This document shows, one piece after another, positions 36,901-51,000 of a stretch of 64,000 nt of DNA. Within the stretch, counting starts at the first letter, position 1; each line of letters opens with the position of its first letter. This stretch comes from Balanoglossus misakiensis (taxonomy: Eukaryota; Animalia; Hemichordata): positions 20,434,303-20,498,302 of the forward strand of contig CM082577.2 in the NCBI GenBank assembly GCA_040954595.2, given 5' to 3'. The notes beneath the pieces were generated by a model. The model was not told the origin of the DNA. It ran no database searches and saw only the letters and a list, made by a program, of their open reading frames with translations. The translations under genes and the position numbers were made by a program.

Positions 36901-39900
36901 TGATCAGACGAGAACCGGCTTATTCTACGTGGTATGGCCGTAGGCGAAAGATGGTTGAATTTCTCCTACTATAAACCTGAATCCTACACCATTGAACACA
37001 TAGCCCGACTTGGCTAATTTTGTGGGTAACCGATCGACCTTCCATAGCTTATAAGGCAAGTGGGATAAAAAAATATGGTTTGTTTTGTTCTGCAAAAAGT
37101 GTTTTTAGAATTCAGGCACTTTCAGAAAAGGAAGAAACGGACACTTGCGACAAAAATGTTATCCATCAGGCTACTCTTTAATGGAAAAGTTGGAAAAAAA
37201 TGAAGCCTACAGCACGTAGTATTCCCAGGCGGTCTCCCATCCAAGTACTAACTACGCCCAACGCAGGTTTGCTTCGGTGATCAGACGAGAACCGGCTTAT
37301 TCTACGTGGTATGGCCGTAGGCGAAAGATGGTTGAATTTCTCCTACTATAAACCTGAATCCTACACCATTGAACACATAGCCCGACTTGGCTAATTTTGG
37401 TGGGTAACCGATCGACCTTCCATAGCTTATAAGGCAAGTGGGATAAAAAATATGGTTTGTTTTGTTCTGCAAAAAGTGTTTTTAGAATTCAGGCACTTTC
37501 AGAAAAGGAAGAAACGGACACTTGCGACAAAAATGTTATCCATCAGGCTACTCTTTAATGGAAAAGTTGGAAAAAAATGAAGCCTACAGCACGTAGTATT
37601 CCCAGGCGGTCTCCCATCCAAGTACTAACTACGCCCAACGCAGGTTTGCTTCGGTGATCAGACGAGAACCGGCTTATTCTACGTGGTATGACCGTAGGCG
37701 AAAGATGGTTGAATTTCTCCAACTATAAACCTGAATCCTACACCATTGAACACATAGCCCGACTTGGCTAATTTTTGTGGGTAACCGATCGACCTTCCAT
37801 AGCTTATAAGGCAAGTGGGATAAAAAAAATATGGTTTGTTTTGTTCTGCAAAAAGTGTTTTTAGAATTCAGGCACTTTCAGAAAAGGAAGAAACGGACAC
37901 TTGCGACAAAAATGTTATCCATCAGGCTACTCTTTAATGGAAAAGTTGGAAAAAAATGAAGCCTACAGCACGTAGTATTCCCAGGCGGTCTCCCATCCAA
38001 GTACTAACTACGCCCAACGCAGGTTTGCTTCGGTGATCAGACGAGAACCGGCTTATTCTACGTGGTATGGCCGTAGGCGAAAGATGGTTGAATTTCTCCT
38101 ACTATAAACCTGAATCCTACACCATTGAACACATAGCCCGACTTGGCTAATTTTGTGGGTAACCGATCGACCTTCCATAGCTTATAAGGCAAGTGGGATA
38201 AAAAAATATGGTTTGTTTTGTTCTGCAAAAAGTGTTTTTAGAATTCAGGCACTTTCAGAAAAGGAAGAAACGGACACTTGCGACAAAAATGTTATCCATC
38301 AGGCTACTCTTTAATGGAAAAGTTGGAAAAAAATGAAGCCTACAGCACGTAGTATTCCCAGGCGGTCTCCCATCCAAGTACTAACTACGCCCAACGCAGG
38401 TTTGCTTCGGTGATCAGACGAGAACCGGCTTATTCTACGTGGTATGGCCGTAGGCGAAAGATGGTTGAATTTCTCCTACTATAAACCTGAATCCTACACC
38501 ATTGAACACATAGCCCGACTTGGCTAATTTTGGTGGGTAACCGATCGACCTTCCATAGCTTATAAGGCAAGTGGGATAAAAAAATATGGTTTGTTTTGTT
38601 CTGCAAAAAGTGTTTTTAGAATTCAGGCACTTTCAGAAAAGGAAGAAACGGACACTTGCGACAAAAATGTTATCCATCAGGCTACTCTTTAATGGAAAAG
38701 TTGGAAAAAAATGAAGCCTACAGCACGTAGTATTCCCAGGCGGTCTCCCATCCAAGTACTAACTACGCCCAACGCAGGTTTGCTTCGGTGATCAGACGAG
38801 AACCGGCTTATTCTACGTGGTATGGCCGTAGGCGAAAGATGGTTGAATTTCTCCTACTATAAACCTGAATCCTACACCATTGAACACATAGCCCGACTTG
38901 GCTAATTTTTGTGGGTAACCGATCGACCTTCCATAGCTTATAAGGCAAGTGGGATAAAAAAATATGGTTTGTTTTGTTCTGCAAAAAGTGTTTTTAGAAT
39001 TCAGGCACTTTCAGAAAAGGAAGAAACGGACACTTGCGACAAAAATGTTATCCATCAGGCTACTCTTTAATGGAAAAGTTGGAAAAAAATGAAGCCTACA
39101 GCACGTAGTATTCCCAGGCGGTCTCCCATCCAAGTACTAACTACGCCCAACGCAGGTTTGCTTCGGTGATCAGACGAGAACCGGCTTATTCTACGTGGTA
39201 TGGCCGTAGGCGAAAGATGGTTGAATTTCTCCTACTATAAACCTGAATCCTACACCATTGAACACATAGCCCGACTTGGCTAATTTTTGTGGGTAACCGA
39301 TCGACCTTCCATAGCTTATAAGGCAAGTGGGATAAAAAAATATGGTTTGTTTTGTTCTGCAAAAAGTGTTTTTAGAATTCAGGCACTTTCAGAAAAGGAA
39401 GAAACGGACACTTGCGACAAAAATGTTATCCATCAGGCTACTCTTTAATGGAAAAGTTGGAAAAAAATGAAGCCTACAGCACGTAGTATTCCCAGGCGGT
39501 CTCCCATCCAAGTACTAACTACGCCCAACGCAGGTTTGCTTCGGTGATCAGACGAGAACCGGCTTATTCTACGTGGTATGGCCGTAGGCGAAAGATGGTT
39601 GAATTTCTCCTACTATAAACCTGAATCCTACACCATTGAACACATAGCCCGACTTGGCTAATTTTTGTGGGTAACCGATCGACCTTCCATAGCTTATAAG
39701 GCAAGTGGGATAAAAAAATATGGTTTGTTTTGTTCTGCAAAAAGTGTTTTTAGAATTCAGGCACTTTCAGAAAAGGAAGAAACGGACACTTGCGACAAAA
39801 ATGTTATCCATCAGGCTACTCTTTAATGGAAAAGTTGGAAAAAAATGAAGCCTACAGCACGTAGTATTCCCAGGCGGTCTCCCATCCAAGTACTAACTAC

Positions 39901-42900
39901 GCCCAACGCAGGTTTGCTTCGGTGATCAGACGAGAACCGGCTTATTCTACGTGGTATGGCCGTAGGCGAAAGATGGTTGAATTTCTCCTACTATAAACCT
40001 GAATCCTACACCATTGAACACATAGCCCGACTTGGCTAATTTTTGTGGGTAACCGATCGACCTTCCATAGCTTATAAGGCAAGTGGGATAAAAAAATATG
40101 GTTTGTTTTGTTCTGCAAAAAGTGTTTTTAGAATTCAGGCACTTTCAGAAAAGGAAGAAACGGACACTTGCGACAAAAATGTTATCCATCAGGCTACTCT
40201 TTAATGGAAAAGTTGGAAAAAAATGAAGCCTACAGCACGTAGTATTCCCAGGCGGTCTCCCATCCAAGTACTAACTACGCCCAACGCAGGTTTGCTTCGG
40301 TGATCAGACGAGAACCGGCTTATTCTACGTGGTATGGCCGTAGGCGAAAGATGGTTGAATTTCTCCTACTATAAACCTGAATCCTACACCATTGAACACA
40401 TAGCCCGACTTGGCTAATTTTTGTGGGTAACCGATCGACCTTCCATAGCTTATAAGGCAAGTGGGATAAAAAAATATGGTTTGTTTTGTTCTGCAAAAAG
40501 TGTTTTTAGAATTCAGGCACTTTCAGAAAAGGAAGAAACGGACACTTGCGACAAAAATGTTATCCATCAGGCTACTCTTTAATGGAAAAGTTGGAAAAAA
40601 ATGAAGCCTACAGCACGTAGTATTCCCAGGCGGTCTCCCATCCAAGTACTAACTACGCCCAACGCAGGTTTGCTTCGGTGATCAGACGAGAACCGGCTTA
40701 TTCTACGTGGTATGGCCGTAGGCGAAAGATGGTTGAATTTCTCCTACTATAAACCTGAATCATACACCATTGAACACATAGCCCGACTTGGCTAATTTTT
40801 GTGGGTAACCGATCGACCTTCCATAGCTTATAAGGCAAGTGGGATAAAAAAATATGGTTTGTTTTGTTCTGCAAAAAGTGTTTTTAGAATTCAGGCACTT
40901 TCAGAAAAGGAAGAAACGGACACTTGCGACAAAAATGTTATCCATCAGGCTACTCTTTAATGGAAAAGTTGGAAAAAAAATGAAGCCTACAGCACGTAGT
41001 ATTCCCAGGCGGTCTCCCATCCAAGTACTAACTACGCCCAACGCAGGTTTGCTTCGGTGATCAGACGAGAACCGGCTTATTCTACGTGGTATGGCCGTAG
41101 GCGAAAGATGGTTGAATTTCTCCTACTATAAACCTGAATCCTACACCATTGAACACATAGCCCGACTTGGCTAATTTTTGTGGGTAACCGATCGACCTTC
41201 CATAGCTTATAAGGCAAGTGGGATAAAAAAATATGGTTTGTTTTGTTCTGCAAAAAGTGTTTTTAGAATTCAGGCACTTTCAGAAAAGGAAGAAACGGAC
41301 ACTTGCGACAAAAATGTTATCCATCAGGCTACTCTTTAATGGAAAAGTTGGAAAAAAATGAAGCCTACAGCACGTAGTATTCCCAGGCGGTCTCCCATCC
41401 AAGTACTAACTACGCCCAACGCAGGTTTGCTTCGGTGATCAGACGAGAACCGGCTTATTCTACGTGGTATGGCCGTAGGCGAAAGATGGTTGAATTTCTC
41501 CTACTATAAACCTGAATCCTACACCATTGAACACATAGCCCGACTTGGCTAATTTTTGTGGGTAACCGATCGACCTTCCATAGCTTATAAGGCAAGTGGG
41601 ATAAAAAAATATGGTTTGTTTTGTTCTGCAAAAAGTGTTTTTAGAATTCAGGCACTTTCAGAAAAGGAAGAAACGGACACTTGCGACAAAAATGTTATCC
41701 ATCAGGCTACTCTTTAATGGAAAAGTTGGAAAAAAATGAAGCCTACAGCACGTAGTATTCCCAGGCGGTCTCCCATCCAAGTACTAACTACGCCCAACGC
41801 AGGTTTGCTTCGGTGATCAGACGAGAACCGGCTTATTCTACGTGGTATGGCCGTAGGCGAAAGATGGTTGAATTTCTCCTACTATAAACCTGAATCCTAC
41901 ACCATTGAACACATAGCCCGACTTGGCTAATTTTTGTGGGTAACCGATCGACCTTCCATAGCTTATAAGGCAAGTGGGATAAAAAAATATGGTTTGTTTT
42001 GTTCTGCAAAAAGTGTTTTTAGAATTCAGGCACTTTCAGAAAAGGAAGAAACGGACACTTGCGACAAAAATGTTATCCATCAGGCTACTCTTTAATGGAA
42101 AAGTTGGAAAAAAAATGAAGCCTACAGCACGTAGTATTCCCAGGCGGTCTCCCATCCAAGTACTAACTACGCCCAACGCAGGTTTGCTTCGGTGATCAGA
42201 CGAGAACCGGCTTATTCTACGTGGTATGGCCGTAGACGAAAGATGGTTGAATTTCTCCTACTATAAACCTGAATCCTACACCATTGAACACATAGCCCGA
42301 CTTGGCTAATTTTTGTGGGTAACCGATCGACCTTCCATAGCTTATAAGGCAAGTGGGATAAAAAAATATGGTTTGTTTTGTTCTGCAAAAAGTGTTTTTA
42401 GAATTCAGGCACTTTCAGAAAAGGAAGAAACGGACACTTGCGACAAAAATGTTATCCATCAGGCTACTCTTTAATGGAAAAGTTGGAAAAAAAATGAAGC
42501 CTACTGCACGTAGTATTCCCAGGCGGTCTCCCATCCAAGTACTAACTACGCCCAACGCAGGTTTGCTTCGGTGATCAGACGAGAACCGGCTTATTCTACG
42601 TGGTATGGCCGTAGGCGAAAGATGGTTGAATTTCTCCTACTATAAACCTGAATCCTACACCATTGAACACATAGCCCGACTTGGCTAATTTTGTGGGTAA
42701 CCGATCGACCTTCCATAGCTTATAAGGCAAGTGGGATAAAAAAATATGGTTTGTTTTGTTCTGCAAAAAGTGTTTTTAGAATTCAGGCACTTTCAGAAAA
42801 GGAAGAAACGGACACTTGCGACAAAAATGTTATCCATCAGGCTACTCTTTAATGGAAAAGTTGGAAAAAAATGAAGCCTACAGCACGTAGTATTCCCAGG

Positions 42901-44999
42901 CGGTCTCCCATCCAAGTACTAACTACGCCCAACGCAGGTTTGCTTCGGTGATCAGACGAGAACCGGCTTATTCTACGTGGTATGGCCGTAGGCGAAAGAT
43001 GGTTGAATTTCTCCTACTATAAACCTGAATCCTACACCATTGAACACATAGCCCGACTTGGCTAATTTTTGTGGGTAACCGATCGACCTTCCATAGCTTA
43101 TAAGGCAAGTGGGATAAAAAAATATGGTTTGTTTTGTTCTGCAAAAAGTGTTTTTAGAATTCAGGCACTTTCAGAAAAGGAAGAAACGGACACTTGCGAC
43201 AAAAATGTTATCCATCAGGCTACTCTTTAATGGAAAAGTTGGAAAAAAAAATGAAGCCTACAGCACGTAGTATTCCCAGGCGGTCTCCCATCCAAGTACT
43301 AACTACGCCCAACGCAGGTTTGCTTCGGTGATCAGACGAGAACCGGCTTATTCTACGTGGTATGGCCGTAGGCGAAAGATGGTTGAATTTCTCCTACTAT
43401 AAACCTGAATCCTACACCATTGAACACATAGCCCGACTTGGCTAATTTTTGTGGGTAACCGATCGACCTTCCATAGCTTATAAGGCAAGTGGGATAAAAA
43501 AATATGGTTTGTTTTGTTCTGCAAAAAGTGTTTTTAGAATTCAGGCACTTTCAGAAAAGGAAGAAACGGACACTTGCGACAAAAATGTTATCCATCAGGC
43601 TACTCTTTAATGGAAAAGTTGGAAAAAAATGAAGCCTACAGCACGTAGTATTCCCAGGCGGTCTCCCATCCAAGTACTAACTACGCCCAACGCAGGTTTG
43701 CTTCGGTGATCAGACGAGAACCGGCTTATACTACGTGGTATGGCCGTAGGCGAAAGATGGTTGAATTTCTCCTACTATAAACCTGAATCCTACACCATTG
43801 AACACATAGCCCGACTTGGCTAATTTTTGTGGGTAACCGATCGACCTTCCATAGCTTATAAGGCAAGTGGGATAAAAAAATATGGTTTGTTTTGTTCTGC
43901 AAAAAGTGTTTTTAGAATTCAGGCACTTTCAGAAAAGGAAGAAACGGACACTTGCGACAAAAATGTTATCCATCATGCTACTCTTTAATGGAAAAGTTGG
44001 AAAAAAAATGAAGCCTACAGCACGTAGTATTCCCAGGCGGTCTCCCATCCAAGTACTAACTACGCCCAACGCAGGTTTGCTTCGGTGATCAGACGAGAAC
44101 CGGCTTATTCTACGTGGTATGGCCGTAGACAGAGATGGTTGAATTTCTCCTACTATAAACCTGAATCCTACACCATTGAACACATAGCCCGACTTGGCTA
44201 ATTTTTGTGGGTAACCGATCGACCTTCCATAGCTTATAAGGCAAGTGGGATAAAAAAATATGGTTTGTTTTGTTCTGCAAAAAGTGTTTTTAGAATTCAG
44301 GCACTTTCAGAAAAGGAAGAAACGGACACTTGCGACAAAAATGTTATCCATCAGGCTACTCTTTAATGGAAAAGTTGGAAAAAAAATGAAGCCTACTGCA
44401 CGTAGTATTCCCAGGCGGTCTCCCATCCAAGTACTAACTACGCCCAACGCAGGTTTGCTTCGGTGATCAGACGAGAACCGGCTTATTCTACGTGGTATGG
44501 CCGTAGGCGAAAGATGGTTGAATTTCTCCTACTATAAACCTGAATCCTACACCATTGAACACATAGCCCGACTTGGCTAATTTTTGTGGGTAACCGATCG
44601 ACCTTCCATAGCTTATAAGGCAAGTGGGATAAAAAAATATGGTTTGTTTTGTTCTGCAAAAAGTGTTTTTAGAATTCAGGCACTTTCAGAAAAGGAAGAA
44701 ACGGACACTTGCGACAAAAATGTTATCCATCAGGCTACTCTTTAATGGAAAAGTTGGAAAAAAAAATGAAGCCTACAGCACGTAGTATTCCCAGGCGGTC
44801 TCCCATCCAAGTACTAACTACGCCCAACGCAGGTTTGCTTCGGTGATCAGACGAGAACCGGCTTATTCTACGTGGTATGGCCGTAGGCGAAAGATGGTTG
44901 AATTTCTCCTACTATAAACCTGAATCCTACACCATTGAACACATAGCCCGACTTGGCTAATTTTTGTGGGTAACCGATCGACCTTCCATAGCTTATAAG

Positions 45000-47900
45000 G
45001 CAAGTGGGATAAAAAAATATGGTTTGTTTTGTTCTGCAAAAAGTGTTTTTAGAATTCAACACTTTCAGAAAAGGAAGAAACGGACACTTGCGACAAAAAT
45101 GGTATCCATCAGGCTACTCTTTAATGGAAAAGTTGGGGAAAAAAATGAAGCCTACAGCACGTAGTATTCCCAGGCGGTCTCCCATCCAAGTACTAACTAC
45201 GCCCAACGCAGGTTTGCTTCGGTGATCAGACGAGAACCGGCTTATTCTACGTGGTATGGCCGTAGGCGAAAGATGGTTGAATTTCTCCTACTATAAACCT
45301 GAATCCTACTCCATTGAACACATAGCCCGACTTGGCTAATTTTGTGGGTAACCGATCAACCTTCCATAGCTTATAAGGCAAGTGGGATAAAAAAATATGG
45401 TTTGTTTTGTTCTGCAAAAAGTGTTTTTAGAATTCAGGCACTTTCAGAAAAGGAAGAAACGGACACTTGCGACAAAAATGTTATCCATCAGGCTACTCTT
45501 TAATGGAAAAGTTGGGGAAAAAAATGAAGCCTACAGCACGTAGTATTCCCAGGCGGTCTCCCATCCAAGTACTAAATACGCCCAACGCAGGTTTGCTTCG
45601 GTGATCAGATGAGAACCGGCTTATTCTACGTGGTATGGCCGTAGGCGAAAGATGGTTGAATTTCTCCTACTATAAACCTGAATCCTACTCCATTGAACAC
45701 ATAGCCCGACTTGGCTAATTTTTGTGGGTAACCGATCGACCTTCCATAGCTTATAAGGCAAGTGGGATAAAAAAATATGGTTTGTTTTGTTCTGCAAAAA
45801 GTGTTTTTAGAATTCAGGCACTTTCAGAAAAGGAAGAAACGGACACTTGCGACAAAAATGTTATCCATCAGGCTACTCTTTAATGGAAAAGTTGGAAAAA
45901 AAATGAAGCCTACAGCACGTAGTATTCCCAGGCGGTCTCCCATCCAAGTACTAACTACGCCCAACGCAGGTTTGCTTCGGTGATCAGACGAGAACCGGCT
46001 TATTCTACGTGGTATGGCCGTAGACGAAAGATGGTTGAATTTCTCCTACTATAAACCTGAATCCTACACCATTGAACACATAGCCCGACTTGGCTAATTT
46101 TTGTGGGTAACCGATCGACCTTCCATAGCTTATAAGGCAAGTGGGATAAAAAAATATGGTTTGTTTTGTTCTGCAAAAAGTGTTTTTAGAATTCAGGCAC
46201 TTTCAGAAAAGGAAGAAACGGACACTTGCGACAAAAATGTTATCCATCAGGCTACTCTTTAATGGAAAAGTTGGAAAAAAAATGAAGCCTACTGCACGTA
46301 GTATTCCCAGGCGGTCTCCCATCCAAGTACTAACTACGCCCAACGCAGGTTTGCTTCGGTGATCAGACGAGAACCGGCTTATTCTACGTGGTATGGCCGT
46401 AGGCGAAAGATGGTTGAATTTCTCCTACTATAAACCTGAATCCTACACCATTGAACACATAGCCCGACTTGGCTAATTTTGTGGGTAACCGATCGACCTT
46501 CCATAGCTTATAAGGCAAGTGGGATAAAAAAATATGGTTTGTTTTGTTCTGCAAAAAGTGTTTTTAGAATTCAGGCACTTTCAGAAAAGGAAGAAACGGA
46601 CACTTGCGACAAAAATGTTATCCATCAGGCTACTCTTTAATGGAAAAGTTGGAAAAAAATGAAGCCTACAGCACGTAGTATTCCCAGGCGGTCTCCCATC
46701 CAAGTACTAACTACGCCCAACGCAGGTTTGCTTCGGTGATCAGACGAGAACCGGCTTATTCTACGTGGTATGGCCGTAGGCGAAAGATGGTTGAATTTCT
46801 CCTACTATAAACCTGAATCATACACCATTGAACACATAGCCCGACTTGGCTAATTTTTGTGGGTAACCGATCGACCTTCCATAGCTTATAAGGCAAGTGG
46901 GATAAAAAAATATGGTTTGTTTTGTTCTGCAAAAAGTGTTTTTAGAATTCAGGCACTTTCAGAAAAGGAAGAAACGGACACTTGCGACAAAAATGTTATC
47001 CATCAGGCTACTCTTTAATGGAAAAGTTGGAAAAAAAATGAAGCCTACAGCACTTAGTATTCCCAGGCGGTCTCCCATCCAAGTACTAACTACGCCCAAC
47101 GCAGGGCCACGTAGAACACGTGAACGTGAACGTGAACGTTTGCTTCGGTGATCAGACGAGAACCGGCTTATTCTACGTGGTATGGCCGTAGGCGAAAGAT
47201 GGTTGAATTTCTCCTACTATAAACCTGAATCCTACACCATTGAACACATAGCCCGACTTGGCTAATTTTTGTGGGTAACCGATCGACCTTCCATAGCTTA
47301 TAAGGCAAGTGGGATAAAAAAATATGGTTTGTTTTGTTCTGCAAAAAGTGTTTTTAGAATTCAGGCACTTTCAGAAAAGGAAGAAACGGACACTTGCGAC
47401 AAAAATGGTATCCATCAGGCTACTCTTTAATGGAAAAGTTGGGGGAAAAAATGAAGCCTACAGCACGTAGTATTCCCAGGCGGTCTCCCATCCAAGTACT
47501 AACTACGCCCAACGCAGGTTTGCTTCGGTGATCAGACGAGAACCGGCTTATTCTACGTGGTATGGCCGTAGGCGAAAGATGGTTGAATTTCTCCTACTAT
47601 AAACCTGAATCCTACTCCATTGAACACATAGCCCGACTTGGCTAATTTTGTGGGTAACCGATCAACCTTCCATAGCTTATAAGGCAAGTGGGATAAAAAA
47701 ATATGGTTTGTTTTGTTCTGCAAAAAGTGTTTTTAGAATTCAGGCACTTTCAGAAAAGGAAGAAACGGACACTTGCGACAAAAATGTTATCCATCAGGCT
47801 ACTCTTTAATGGAAAAGTTGGGGAAAAAAATGAAGCCTACAGCACGTAGTATTCCCAGGCGGTCTCCCATCCAAGTACTAAATACGCCCAACGCAGGTTT

Positions 47901-50900
47901 GCTTCGGTGATCAGATGAGAACCGGCTTATTCTACGTGGTATGGCCGTAGGCGAAAGATGGTTGAATTTCTCCTACTATAAACCTGAATCCTACTCCATT
48001 GAACACATAGCCCGACTTGGCTAATTTTTGTGGGTAACCGATCGACCTTCCATAGCTTATAAGGCAAGTGGGATAAAAAAATATGGTTTGTTTTGTTCTG
48101 CAAAAAGTGTTTTTAGAATTCAGGCACTTTCAGAAAAGGAAGAAACGGACACTTGCGACAAAAATGTTATCCATCAGGCTACTCTTTAATGGAAAAGTTG
48201 GAAAAAAAAATGAAGCCTACAGCACGTAGTATTCCCAGGCGGTCTCCCATCTAAGTACTAACTACGCCCAACGCAGGTTTGCTTCGGTGATCAGACGAGA
48301 ACCGGCTTATTCTACGTGGTATGGCCGTAGACGAAAGATGGTTGAATTTCTCCTACTATAAACCTGAATCCTACACCATTGAACACATAGCCCGACTTGG
48401 CTAATTTTTGTGGGTAACCGATCGACCTTCCATAGCTTATAAGGCAAGTGGGATAAAAAAATATGGTTTGTTTTGTTCTGCAAAAAGTGTTTTTAGAATT
48501 CAGGCACTTTCAGAAAAGGAAGAAACGGACACTTGCGACAAAAATGTTATCCATCAGGCTACTCTTTAATGGAAAAGTTGGAAAAAAAATGAAGCCTACT
48601 GCACGTAGTATTCCCAGTCGGTCTCCCATCCAAGTACTAACTACGCCCAACGCAGGTTTGCTTCGGTGATCAGACGAGAACCGGCTTATTCTACGTGGTA
48701 TGGCCGTAGGCGAAAGATGGTTGAATTTCTCCTACTATAAACCTGAATCCTACACCATTGAACACATAGCCCGACTTGGCTAATTTTGTGGGTAACCGAT
48801 CGACCTTCCATAGCTTATAAGGCAAGTGGGATAAAAAAATATGGTTTGTTTTGTTCTGCAAAAAGTGTTTTTAGAATTCAGGCACTTTCAGAAAAGGAAG
48901 AAACGGACACTTGCGACAAAAATGTTATCCATCAGGCTACTCTTTAATGGAAAAGTTGGAAAAAAATGAAGCCTACAGCACGTAGTATTCCCAGGCGGTC
49001 TCCCATCCAAGTACTAACTACGCCCAACGCAGGTTTGCTTCGGTGATCAGACGAGAACCGGCTTATTCTACGTGGTATGGCCGTAGGCGAAAGATGGTTG
49101 AATTTCTCCTACTATAAACCTGAATCATACACCATTGAACACATAGCCCGACTTGGCTAATTTTTGTGGGTAACCGATCGACCTTCCATAGCTTATAAGG
49201 CAAGTGGGATAAAAAAATATGGTTTGTTTTGTTCTGCAAAAAGTGTTTTTAGAATTCAGGCACTTTCAGAAAAGGAAGAAACGGACACTTGCGACAAAAA
49301 TGTTATCCATCAGGCTACTCTTTAATGGAAAAGTTGGAAAAAAAAATGAAGCCTACAGCACTTAGTATTCCCAGGCGGTCTCCCATCCAAGTACTAACTA
49401 CGCCCAACGCAGGTTTGCTTCGGTGATCAGACGAGAACCGGCTTATTCTACGTGGTATGGCCGTAGGCGAAAGATGGTTGAATTTCTCCTACTATAAACC
49501 TGAATCCTACACCATTGAACACATAGCCCGACTTGGCTAATTTTTGTGGGTAACCGATCGACCTTCCATAGCTTATAAGGCAAGTGGGATAAAAAAATAT
49601 GGTTTGTTTTGTTCTGCAAAAAGTGTTTTTAGAATTCAGGCACTTTCAGAAAAGGAAGAAACGGACACTTGCGACAAAAATGTTATCCATCAGGCTACTC
49701 TTTAATGGAAAAGTTGGGGAAAAAAATGAAGCCTACAGCACGTAGTATTCCCAGGCGGTCTCCCATCCAAGTACTAACTACGCCCAACGCAGGTTTGCTT
49801 CGGTGATCAGACGAGAACCGGCTTATTCTACGTGGTATGGCCGTAGGCGAAAGATGGTTGAATTTCTCCTACTATAAACCTGAATCCTACTCCATTGAAC
49901 ACATAGCCCGACTTGGCTAATTTTGTGGGTAACCGATCAACCTTCCATAGGTTATAAGGCAAGTGGGATAAAAAAATATGGTTTGTTTTGTTCTGCAAAA
50001 AGTGTTTTTAGAATTCAGGCACTTTCAGAAAAGGAAGAAACGGACACTTGCGACAAAAATGTTATCCATCAGGCTACTCTTTAATGGAAAAGTTGGGGAA
50101 AAAAATGAAGCCTACAGCACGTAGTATTCCCAGGCGGTCTCCCATCCAAGTACTAAATACGCCCAACGCAGGTTTGCTTCGGTGATCAGATGAGAACCGG
50201 CTTATTCTACGTGGTATGGCCGTAGGCGAAAGATGGTTGAATTTCTCCTACTATAAACCTGAATCCTACTCCATTGAACACATAGCCCGACTTGGCTAAT
50301 TTTTGTGGGTAACCGATCGACCTTCCATAGCTTATAAGGCAAGTGGGATAAAAAAATATGGTTTGTTTTGTTCTGCAAAAAGTGTTTTTAGAATTCAGGC
50401 ACTTTCAGAAAAGGAAGAAACGGACACTTGCGACAAAAATGTTATCCATCAGGCTACTCTTTAATGGAAAAGTTGGAAAAAAAAATGAAGCCTACAGCAC
50501 GTAGTATTCCCAGGCGGTCTCCCATCCAAGTACTAACTACGCCCAACGCAGGTTTGCTTCGGTGATCAGACGAGAACCGGCTTATTCTACGTGGTATGGC
50601 CGTAGACGAAAGATGGTTGAATTTCTCCTACTATAAACCTGAATCCTACACCATTGAACACATAGCCCGACTTGGCTAATTTTTGTGGGTAACCGATCGA
50701 CCTTCCATTGCTTATAAGGCAAGTGGGATAAAAAAATATGGTTTGTTTTGTTCTGCAAAAAGTGTTTTTAGAATTCAGGCACTTTCAGAAAAGGAAGAAA
50801 CGGACACTTGCGACAAAAATGTTATCCATCAGGCTACTCTTTAATGGAAAAGTTGGAAAAAAATGAAGCCTACTGCACGTAGTATTCCCAGGCGGTCTCC

Positions 50901-51000
50901 CATCCAAGTACTAACTACGCCCAACGCAGGTTTGCTTCGGTGATCAGACGAGAACCGGCTTATTCTACGTGGTATGGCCGTAGGCGAAAGATGGTTGAAT
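45000..51000. repeat. 6-unit (about 2275 bp) higher-order repeat, about 2.7 copies; ends approximate
   Basis: The ordered marker series gatcaacc / aaatacg+agatgag / gtagacg / ctactgc / aatcata / cacttag repeats from about 45.1, 47.4 and 49.7 kb. Confidence 0.8.
47041..47193 (-). pseudogene. 5S copy interrupted in the A box by a 33-bp insertion (47106-47138)
   Basis: Sequence reads gcagg|gccacgtagaacacgtgaacgtgaacgtgaacg|tttgcttcgg; total length 153 = 120 + 33. Confidence 0.92.

Noticed and set aside
46912-47151. ORF with an RTRERERER tail
   Set aside because: It is only the translation of the 33-bp (CGTGAA)n insertion.
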